DNA of 64,000 nt, taken from Trichinella spiralis (taxonomy: Eukaryota). The notes beneath the pieces are model-generated. The model searched no databases, was not told where the DNA came from, and saw nothing but the letters and a program-made list of their open reading frames with translations. The position numbers and the translations under genes are program-made. Of the stretch, positions 23,901 to 35,185 are shown one piece after another. Numbering within the stretch: position 1 is the stretch's first letter; each line of letters opens with the position of its first letter. The stretch covers positions 5,497,656 to 5,561,655 of the forward strand of contig NW_003526945.1 of NCBI RefSeq assembly GCF_000181795.1, written 5' to 3'.

Positions 23901-26900
23901 GCATGATACATTTTCTGAGTATCCACCTGAGTGCTGAACCTGCACCATCAAAATCCCGGACGTTCCATCAAGCCGACAAGTTGCTGACTCCAATTCCTCA
24001 ATCAAAAGTGTGAGAACGTGCTTCTTGACACATAAAGTAATAGAGTGGGAATTCATCAATGACTGAGCTCCTTGGTGCGGGAACTACTGGGAACGATTGG
24101 TCCGGTCAATTGAAAAAGTGGCGTTGGCAGGCGTGCTGGGTCGAAGCAGGACAGAAGCAGAGAAACTGTGTACAGGCTTCTGCCGAAATCAAAGCCAGCT
24201 GTATGTACCAGCAATTAAATAATCGATGTCGACGAATAATAATCGACTGTTTTGATGATTCACGTTCGATTGGTCAAGGAATACAGTCCCTTACGAGCGG
24301 GCGGAATCGCGCCTGGGGATTTCCGAAGTACATTCCACTGAAATATGTGAAGATCCAGTTGCTCGCGTCATTGCGTTTGCAACAATTTTCATTGATTATT
24401 TATTCAAAGCAAGAAATTGAAAATTGAATTGTTTGTTCAACGTGTTCGTCATCATCATTACGTTTCAGCAACTCGCATCGCACAAAATTCAATAGTACTT
24501 GTTTATATTTTGTTTTTTTCTGGTTTATTTTGACTTCTGTAGGACAGCTGTACATCGTTTTTTATGTATTTTTTATGGTGATTACTTTTGTATTTTTGTG
24601 CATAATGTTTAGTCATTATTTTTTTTAATAAAATGTTTTTTTGAATAATACCGTCCGATGTAATTTTGTTTCATGTGTCAAATTGAGTTTTATTAATATG
24701 CAATATTGACAATATATACAACAGATAGTACATAATGCAGTGACATGAAATGAAAAAAAAGGGAATGGCGTTTTTTTTTATTTTTTGAGAAAAAATTGTG
24801 CATACGTACACTTGTGCGCATAGGAGAAGCCTCTATTGTTCACATCATTCTTCCTACTAGTGTGAGAATAATGCACAAAGCACTGAAATTTAGTGATAAT
24901 AAATTTATTCCATTAAAACGTTTCATCTTTTCACAACAAAACAAATTACAGCAATTCTAATTTCATGAACTAAATTATGCTATTTATTTCATTCAAATGA
25001 TCATCAATGTTGTAACTTCAAGTGTTGTATACATCGGTGTAGAGATGATTTTCATAAATAAAATATTCGTTTTTTTTTGAAAAAAGAATTTTTTTATTAG
25101 TTATATTTATTAATGAATTTTTAAACATATCCATTTAACAGTCGAGTGGAGATTTTTTTTGGATTATTTACAATTTGAACAGTTAATACTTGCTTTCCAA
25201 ACCAACGGATGACTGTAATTTGAATTGAACCAAAGGAGTTGTATTGTTTTCTAGTTATATTGAAATAAATTATTAATGTTGAAGCAATTTTTTGTTCATT
25301 TTAATTGTTATACTTTATAATTTGTCAAGTTGAATTATATTTGAAATGTGTTCGGTGAAAACGTTCAGATGAAGAAAGATAGATGTTTGTATCAAGTAAT
25401 TTTGGAGCAAGTTGAATTGAATAGAATGGTGAAAACTGGCATTGTTTATTTCATTAATTTTTCATCGGCAGTGTTTTATGGTAAGTTCGAATATTTCAAA
25501 ATTAATTTGTTGAGTGTTTTATTTAAATTTCACAAATATATTATCATTTACATTTGTTCTGTTTGTAATTTGTTCGTTTACTTGATTTTTTTTCCACTTG
25601 GCATTTGAGTTTCATGTGTTACGGTGTAAAATAATGTTGTTGTGTTGATTGTGAGAATTTGCATGTTGCACTTTTGCACAATTCTACACGTTGTCGGTAA
25701 TTATCAGCTTGATCTTTTCAATTTTCCAGTCGTATTTGTACTGTAACTTTGGAGAATTGTTTTTATCATTACAAGAGAAAAAAGCACTAGTATAAAAAAA
25801 GAATCGACATTCGTTGTCGATGAAAATGTTTCCTTTGCAAAGTTGAATTCATTTTTGTTTAAAAATTCCCCTCCATTGGTTCCACTGGTGAAAAGTTCCA
25901 CAATAGGAGGAAGAATTTTCCATTCTGAGAATTGCAAATGCCAAAAAGCTTCACGGTTGCCTTGATCATCAAGCTCCGTTGCATAATCCGGTCGCGATTA
26001 GTGCAATCGATGCCCACTGAGCGGAGCACAAGGCCGCGGACTGCTTTTGTCGTTTCGATGAATAACGAAAATGATTAGCTCGATTTTAGACCGCCGCCAC
26101 TGCGGTGCCGGCAGTGCTGTTTAAACTGACGCGCGACGGCTGCTTCAGCCGAGCAGCAAATGCTGTTCCGGTGTGGTAAATTGTAAACTTTTCATTTCCA
26201 TTTTATCATCTCTTAATTGCTTCTTCTTCTTCTTCTTATTTATTTATTTATTTTGTTTTTTCCATTTTATTATAATTTTTGAAAATTTTTGCTTAGCTTC
26301 GTTTTGTTGAATTCAACAATTCCAATTCGAAACTGGGAAGGTTGTTTTTTCTTAAATTACAGTAAACTGTACAAGTGAACAAAAACAATTTACATTTACA
26401 GTATGTGTAATTTGAAAAAAATAGGAAATGGAATTTTATCGAATGATTGTGTTGATGAAAGTAGTATTTTGTTGGTGGTTTTGTTTGAAATTGAAACCGA
26501 ATATTGGCCGGATTGTTTGGGGGAAAATGAATGAATAAATAATTCTCATGTTCAATAAGATTTTCCTGTTAAATTTTGAATCTATTTGTTTGTTTGTTTG
26601 TTAATGGAAATTGCAACGTCAACAAGAGAGTTGATGAATATTTTTTTTATCGATTGTCACTTTCTACAGCGTCTGGTTGTTTCCAACGGACGACAAGATG
26701 ATGAGCTGGCTAGCTGACTGACGTGTGTGATTGATGTGCAGGAAGATGTTCGATTTTGTTCTTTTGATTTTCTGTTGAACAAAAAGCACCGTTTGCTTAT
26801 CATTACAATCAGCAGCATATTTAGCGTTGTCTGAGAAATTGACTTGCCTCGTCCCTCGGGATGTGAATTTTTCCCTACCAGCAACGCCAATTTGCACAAT

Positions 26901-29604
26901 TTTCACTCGATCAATGGCAAACGTTGATATATTTTAGTTGTTTTGTTTTTTTATTATATTTTGAAAATTTAAATTTTGATTATTATGAACTATTTTGTTG
27001 TGATACGAAAAGTGTCCATCATATCACTCAATAGGCGTATCAATATTTTAATAAATAAGCAATCTCAAAGTTTCTTCTTCTTCTTCTTCCTCTTTTTTGG
27101 TTCACCTCCATTTCCATTTGACAAAAATAATTAAAAATTATTACCAGTCGTCTAATTCGTCTTTTGTTACATTGTTTTTCTTTTAATTATTCGAATGCCG
27201 TTGCCGCTTGAGTGCTTTGTCAAAGATTTTGCCAAACAACGAGGAAATAATAATTTTTGAATATTATTAAGCCACCATTTCGCCATTATATATTATTAAC
27301 CCGATTCGATGATCATTTTCGCCGTTTGAAAAATTGATCCGCGAGGTGATAACAGGAAATCGCTTCACGACGTGCCAGGATGGTCGTATATATATATTTT
27401 TTTTTGTTGTTGTTGCAAAAGGAAAAAAATTTAGCTGTTCAAATTGAAGCTTCTTCTTTAATTTGAACGGCGACGCTTTTCACGCTTCCAAGCAATTCCA
27501 TTGTGCATTGTTCACTTTTTCAGCGGAAATGAGCATTCAAATTTATTTGCATTCCAAACGACCGATTACTTTTATTTTTTTTCACTTCTCTGTTATTTTA
27601 TATTTGTTCTACAAATTTTCCATTCAGTCTGTTGTTTTCTGCTTGTTGAGATTCCAAACAACTTTGCTGCTTTCATACAAAATTTCACAAACACCGATCA
27701 AATAATAATAATAATAATACTGGTAATTAATTGATTTCCTTAGCATGTACCAGATAATTTTATTGATATTATTTATTAAATGATGTGCATCATTTTGTTT
27801 TTCGTTTTTTTTAATCATAAATTCTGTAGCAAATGTTCGTTTTGCAGTTGAATTTGCATCTCTTTTTGTGGTTTTCAATGAGTAGGAATTTGTATTTGTT
27901 GTTGCTGTGGTTTTGTGTTTTGCTCTGTGAATTAACTTTCATTTAAATAGATCAATTTGTTTCCAAGGGCAGTTCATTATTACACATTGCAGAATTGCAA
28001 ATATTGTTCCCCATTGTCGCAACTTTATTGCTTGAAATTCAATTCACCTACAGTATTTTATTATTATTATTATCGATAAGTTGGTCTATTATTCAATGAG
28101 ATATTTCCAATTGACTGATAACATCTTCACCTCCGGTCATCTTTAGTGTCATGTATTCGGTTGTAAATTGTTGTTCTTGTTGTTGTTGCTGAGTTTACGA
28201 ATCAAGCATTCATTTATAAAACTGATTGTTTCTATGCTACATAATGCAATTGAATAATTCCATTTGAATTTTCAACCAAAACATCAATATGGTATGTTTT
28301 AATTTTTCACTTTTCTGCACTCAATTTATGTACACCTTTGCGTAATATATTTTTAATTTATTGCTTTCGTATATGTCTTTTATCGAATTAACATTTTATC
28401 GACCAGTCTATATGAAGTGCACTGTCAAATTTAAATTATTTATAATGACATTTTTGATGATAAATTATCATCATTTCTAAAAATTATGTCCAACTGCATG
28501 ATGTTCAGTATTTTCTTTGTTTTTGTTGTCATCGTTGTTTGTCTTTCGTATGAAAGTTATTTATGCAAAGAAAAAAAATTTGGACAATTGCTTTATAGCA
28601 GTAGATAATTCGATCGATTTTGTCGAAAATATTTTAATGGCAATGTTCGATTGGTGAAGTTGATGAAATTTTATTACAACGCTTTGCGTTGCTTTTTCTT
28701 ATTGACTTCTTTCTTGATCGATTCGTCAGCATGATCACACCTGAAAATTATTCGACTTGTTTCATATTTTATTATTATAATTCGTGTACAAAATTTGCAT
28801 CGACGTGAATTGTTTTTTGCAGGAAATTTTGCATATGCTTCGAATGTAGAATGTTGTTGTTGATGCAGTTGTGATAAAAATTGAACAATTTTTGTAACAT
28901 GTTCAAATTGAAAGTAAGTAACATTATTATTTGTGACTTTTCGATAAATTGTTGTTGACAAAATTCTATTGAAATATTTTGAAATGAGTTTCTTTTTTTC
29001 TCAAAAATTGATGCAAATTAAACAGATTATTTTTTTTTCAATAAAAGAAATTTTAATGTTAATTTATGTACAAATTTTTTGCAAATTGTAAAATGCAACC
29101 ATACGAAGAACCAATCGATAGCTTTGGTTTAAGTCAGTTTTCATTTCGAATTAATCTGCAAAAGCATTTGTAATTGTGATTCGATTCCAACAGCTTTTTA
29201 ATTAAACATCAAAGTCCCAGTTTGATTATTTTCTTTTAGATCAAGTTGAATGCATTTTGTTGAAAAATTTTTCATTTCCTAATGTTACTTCCATGAAATT
29301 TTTACCACATACAGAAATATGCATGTACGTTTGTGCGTGTGCATTTGCATATTATACTGAGGAAGCTTTTTTTTTCATATTTGTCAATTTTGAGCAGTGT
29401 TTTTTTGTGTGTAGAATTTTTGATGAAGTTAATTTTAATTTTCTCCCAAATTTTTCCTCCAATAATTGATTTTGTTGATAGATGTAAATAATTTTTTTTT
29501 AAATATAAGCATGATATTTCCTTTTCTTTTATTATTTTGATTTGTAAAAGATATGGATAGGAAAATTTTTGCGCATGAATTGAAACGTGCCGGACACAAA
29601 AGCA

Positions 29605-29671
29605 GTCTTTCTCTACTGGTTGTCCGTTATTACCCCAGCGAAATGGAACTGAGATCAGTTGAGAAGATAAA
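29605..29671 (+). ncRNA. Candidate bantam/miR-58/80-82 family microRNA hairpin
   Basis: 3' arm 29650-29671 TGAGATCAGTTGAGAAGATAAA carries the bantam seed GAGAUC; it pairs with GTCTTTCTCTACTGGTTGTCCGTT (29605-29628) across an 18-nt loop; basal stem is weak. Confidence 0.35.
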
Positions 29672-30024
29672 AGTGATGGTTAATTGGATTTTGCATATTG
29701 TCATTGTTTGGGTTTCAGGATTGAGTTAGTTTTAAGCTGGAGCTTTTTGTCTGTCAGCAGTGATCAGAATCGCATGCCGATTTATATATGCTTCGGTTTT
29801 TCTTTTCTGTTTCTAATTCTCTTAACACGCGACCGGCTAAATCGATTCTTGTTCAAATTTTCCTACTTTTACTTTTTCTGCTGCTGCTGCTGCCTCTGCT
29901 ACTGCTACTACGTTGCACAGGCTTTTTATGCTTAAAAATTGTCAACACCAGTTGGACTGCCATGTTGCTACCGTTGAGACGTTTTTTTACTGATTTCTGT
30001 TTCTCAGGCTCTCCTTGTTTCGGC

Positions 30025-31588
30025 ATGTCCATGGAGCCGAGTTTGAAAGCCCATTTGGAAGAGGAATGGTTCGGCTTGGAACGACTGAGACAAAGTTTCG
30101 ACGCCATCCGTGCCAGCCCCCTATACAAACGTACGCCTGTGCTGGCCGACTGTGCCGACGTTCTCGGCTTGGATGCGGGAGTGTGTTTGAATTTGAAAAT
30201 GGAATCCATGCAAACATCCGGCTCTTACAAACTGCGCGGCGTCATCTGGCAAATGGAACGCTACAGGGCTCTTTTCAACTCGCCCGGACGTTTGCAGGGT
30301 ATGGTGACCATGTCGTCTGGCAATTACGGCATCGCGCTGGCCACCTACTGCAAGCATTACAACATCCCGTGCCACGTGATTGTTCCGGACGAATGTCCGC
30401 CCAAGAAGTGCACCCGCATGGTCGATCTCCGTGCCAGTGTGGAAGTTGCCCACAGTTCGCAGGCTGCCGATACCATCGACCGACTGCAAGCTCAAAATTG
30501 GACATTCATGCATCCGTTCGACGATCTGAACCTGGTCTGCGGTTATGGTACAATTATGATGGAGCTGGTCGACAGCGTCGGACAGCCGGATGTGGTCGTT
30601 GTTCCGGCTGGACCTGTTGTCGGCGGTGGTCTTCTTTGTGGTATGGCGTTAGCGGCTAGGTGAGTTATTTTGTTTTCAAATTCTGTGAAGTAGATTTATT
30701 TGAATTCAGACTACTACTGCTACTACTACTAATAATAATAATAATTGGATTCATTTTAACAATCAAGCAGTTAAAGATTGAACAATTTTTTTTCTACTAC
30801 AATGAAAGTTTCATTTGAAATTCATTCTCCCCTAACTCTTCTATTTTTGTAAGCAAAATCGTCTTAATAAGATCGTATAGAACACTAAAAGAAAGATTGA
30901 AATGAACATATTCATTGGGATTACTTTTTGATTATCAAAACTGGAAATTTTTCATTTCTTTTTACAATAGAAATTGATGACGATCAAAAAGCAAGCATGT
31001 ACAATTATTATTATTATTATGTAAATATATTTTTGGATGCAGTCGTACTTGAATGAACTAAGAGAGCAAATTGAAGAGTGATTTTTGTAAGTTAAGAAAA
31101 AAAAAATCAAGTTTGCACAGAATAGTGAGTGAATGGAAGAATTTTTTGCTGTTGTTTTTTTGTTTTTGTCTCTTTTTTTCTCTCTTACTCTCCACATAGA
31201 TATATTTATGTGTGTTTTTGTGGCAAAATAACAATTGCGTCGTGTTTGTTGTTGGTGCAGGTTGATGGAACTGCCGACAAAAGTGTTCGGTGTGGACGTG
31301 GTGCCGGAATCCCGGCGCCGGGACAGCTTACCAGGCGGTGAGATGAGGGGCTTTCCGGAAAAGTATATCGGCGACAACGCGTTCCGCATCGGCTTCGACT
31401 GCGTCGACGGTATGGTGACCGTCAACGAGCGGGACGTTCTCGACGCGTCCAATTGTCTTCTGCAGATGGGCATCGTGCTGGAACCGTATGCGGCTAGTAC
31501 AGTAGCCGCGTTGCTTTCAGGTAAGCTAGCCGTCGAAGCTGGTCAAAAAATTGTATCCATCGTCAGCAGTCGGGATGTGGACCTTTGA
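30025..31588 (+). CDS. PLP-dependent serine racemase / serine-threonine dehydratase-like enzyme; exons 30025-30659 and 31261-31588 (320 aa)
   Basis: LKMESMQTSGSYKLRG (PLP lysine), TMSSGNYG, HPFDD..GYGT, glycine loop VVGGGLL, VLEPYAA; intron AG|GTGAGT...GCAG|G joins in frame. An upstream exon is possible via the acceptor at 30007. Confidence 0.9.
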
Positions 31589-34346
31589 AGCTGCGATTGT
31601 TGTCCGATTTTTTTTTTCATCTTGTCCTTCCAGTTTCTTCTTTTTTTTGTTTAATGTATCAGAATATTATTTACTGCTCATGTTTTTTTCTCATACTTAT
31701 ACACTATACGCAATGGAAATTTTTATCCTATTATTGCATTAAATGTTGTTTCAATTTTGAAACTTGAATAATTGGAAAGAAAATAATTGATAACGTTCAC
31801 CACCGGTTGAGCAAAGTTTTAATAGCGACTAACGAACTGCTTGACCGACCGACTAATACAATTGGAACCGTTGGACGGGCGTAAAATTTGGATTTCATTA
31901 ACAAAAGCATAATTCGAAATTCATCATGTACCCAATGAAAACAAAACAAAGTAAAAAAAAAACATTGCACACAAACATATCCTCTCTATTACAGAATTCC
32001 AATCTTGATTGCCAAGTTGAATTATGTCAATTTCGTACGTTTTAGACTTGATTCAATTCTTGACAACGTATTTCAGTTGACACGAATGATCAATGCTCGA
32101 TAATAAACAATTTTCAAATAGGTTGTAATTATTTTATTGATTTATTTTTCTTATTTTTTTTAAATATTTTTCGTGCACATTTTTCCATTCATCGATTATA
32201 TATCAAGAGTATTTGTGACCCAGTGAAAAAAAACACTGTCAACGCGATGAAGTTCGAAAGAGCGGAAAAAGCTTTACTCCACAAAGATATCTTTCACCAT
32301 AACGTGGGAGTGGAATGTAAAAATGTTAAAACAACAGTTTCTTGTTTTTTTTGCTGATTTTGCTCACATTTTCACCTACATGAGTTTTTTTTAATTTTTT
32401 ACTTTGTTGATATTATGAATAATGTATTTGGTCTTACAATTGTTCTTACATCGTATTAGTTGCTTTTTCGGACAGTGCGAAGCGGATGACTGTGAACATA
32501 TATGTATTTATTCACTGGTTGTGACTGAATCTGTGGAAATTGTACACGAATACTGTACAAATTGTGTTTTTTTTTGCTTCTCCATTGTTGTTGGTCATAC
32601 TGTTATCAATGCACATCTGATCTGATGGTTCAGTTCGAAGAAAATGTCAACTCGAAAATGGAAAATTTACCCAAATCTACCATTATCGCAGCACGCTGTA
32701 CGAGAAAAGCTGTCTTTTTTTTTCTACAATTTTTCCGTCATCGATTTTCATCATCAAATCACCTCATTTGAATGAAAAACTGTCGAAATTTCTTCCAACA
32801 ATCTGTAAATTATTTTCCATTTCAACTGAAAAAAAAACATTTTGTTCAGCTCACACAAATTTATAAGATAAAATAATCGAATTGATGTTAAAATGGAAAA
32901 AATAAATGTAAAAACAAAACGTTCGATTCAATTTAATTCACTGTTCAATTCCACTGTTGTTTCTTCAATCAAAACATCCATCATCAATACGCAACGTCTA
33001 TTGGAAAAGTTTTTGCATTAAATATTCGACAATTCGAAATTGTACAGTAAGCTCAGTAAAAGAAAAATAAGATTCAACAATAATTAATATTTTGTTCGAT
33101 TGATAAGACAATTTCGAAACCTTTTTTTCTCGTCTATTATTTTTTTTCTTTCATTCTTGAAAATCTTTAAAAAAAGAGTACCTTTACTGTATGACATTTG
33201 ACGTTGAAAGTAATAAGTATAAATTGTCGTTTGTGAACGAGATGCAGTTTTAAGTGGAAAAAATTTTTGAAATTTTTTCCATTGAAAACTGATACAATTA
33301 GAATGATGCATGTCTATGTGCGTGGCATTATTCTTGAACGCCGGGCAGGTTTAAAATGCGCTTCCTCACGGCCTGGTTAAATGTCAACCATAGACGCAGA
33401 TTTTTCTTTTTCTTTTCACACACACGCAAAAATGATTTTTTAATAATTTTTATGTTTGATTTTTTTTTCTTGTTACTTTTTTGAAACGTAAAAAGCAACA
33501 ACGTAAATGTTGGAATTTGAAATGAACATGTTGTTGTTGTTGTCGAGATTTTGTTGTTCAGTTGTTTAATTGGAAGCAGACGTGTGTATGTGTGGATGTT
33601 TTAGTGAAATTTTAAACTGCCCTGGCGGTCAGACGTTGCGTCGAATAGTGTGGGTAGTGTTTGGAAATTATTATAAATTTTCATTCGAACAAACTTGACC
33701 ATGTTATATGTATTGATAGTTGACTTGTACCATTGCGACAATTGTGCATTGAAATTTACCAGCAGAAATTTGAAAGTTTTTTTCAATTATTTAAATTGTC
33801 AATACAATTATCATTACAACTGTAGTGTACAATAAATTTGGTTGTTGGAAATGAATCATTTGCCGAAAGTAGCAATTTTGTCGTATTTGAATAGTGGTAG
33901 GTTGAATTCGCCGGACAAAATTTCCATTTATGCGTTGTTTGTTGTTATCGTTATCGTTTAGATTTTAGCCGAACAAATATGGATTTGCATTTGTTGGCAT
34001 GCAGCGTAGTAAGCTGTTGATCCGAAGCAGCAATTTTTCAACAACAACAGCATATCCAAGGTGGCAAAATTAGTTTCATTGGACGTTATTGATAATTTTC
34101 TTGTTGTCCATTTCTCAGTGTCAGTGTCCAGTTTGTGCTTGTTTGCCTTCAGTTTTGTGCTCTGTGTGTGCCCTTGTTTCGAGTTGGCAGAAAGGATAAT
34201 TTCGCAGAAATGCATTCCTGAACGAAAGTCCATCTTCAGTTTGGCCAGTGTCCAATTTTGAAAATTTGAAGCCAAACGTCGTCAGCTGACTGATGCGTGC
34301 ATGATATTTGCTTTCTGTTCGTAGTTGTTGGTTATATGCATTTAGC

Positions 34347-34400
34347 AGCATCAGCAGCAGCAGCAGCAATGGTGGCAGTGTTGTTGTTGTTGTTGTTGTT
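34347..34400. repeat. Compound (CAG)n + (GTT)n microsatellite
   Basis: CAGCATCAGCAGCAGCAGCAGC followed closely by a GTT run. Confidence 0.85.
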
Positions 34401-35185
34401 TTGCTTTCATTCCTTCTTCATTTTAAATATTACTGCTTCTTCGTAGTTACATTCAGCAGTCGTCAACCCTATTCCATTTCTCAAACTGTGACAACAACCA
34501 GATTGATATTTCTGATCGTTTAATGTTGACCATTTGCCAAAAATCACCCCCGTTGGGTTGCGTTGCAGTTGGCAAATTTCCAATATTTGCAAAAGTCTAT
34601 CCAAATTTACGTTTGAATTTGTTACATCTCCAACAACAGCCGAACAATTGGAACTACTTGACTAAGATTGAGATTATATGCACAGAAAAAGAAGAAGAGC
34701 ATTGTGGAAAATATTTTCAATTTTACACGTGCAAAATATTATTTTTCATCATCATTTTATTTTTGCTTTTTTTCGGTGGATATAATTTTACCGCGTTTTA
34801 TGATCAGTAATGATGATGATGATTTGCATGTTTGAATATAGTTGATTTAGGGCGAAAGCATTCATCGTTCGCTTGGAAAAACGAGAAAACGACTCGTGTG
34901 ATTGGTTGAATCGATCCGTCGGCAACGGCCAATTAATAATTGATCGTCTTTATCTCTCTTGCTCTCTCTCTCTCTCGCTTTTGCTGCTTTCATTTTCGCT
35001 ATTTTCGGCCCAACCGCGTGCGTTCAACTAACCAACTGATTCACATCGAAGACACAGTTTAATATCATCCCCGGCATCGTTGTTGTTGTGCAATGTAAGA
35101 TTGTTTTTTTCTAATTGATCACTTTAAACATTAAAATTAACCAAAATACACAAAATTCATACAGCATTGGAGAAAACAAAAAATA

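Noticed and set aside
26045..26090. Resemblance to U12 snRNA 5' end, hammerhead core or SECIS
   Set aside because: Lacks the GUAAGGA branch-pairing sequence, the CUGAUGA core with stem II, and the SECIS helix length.
29788..30024. Leucine-rich signal-peptide-like N-terminal extension of the PLP enzyme ORF
   Set aside because: Produced by a (CTG/CTA)n microsatellite upstream of the splice acceptor at 30007; most likely intronic.
31807..31830. miR-87-like TTGAGCAAAGTTTT
   Set aside because: 3' half diverges and the upstream arm pairs poorly with too short a hairpin.
32311..32332. miR-1-like TGGAATGTAAA
   Set aside because: Only 11 nt match; the partner arm pairs about 10 nt; not a credible precursor.
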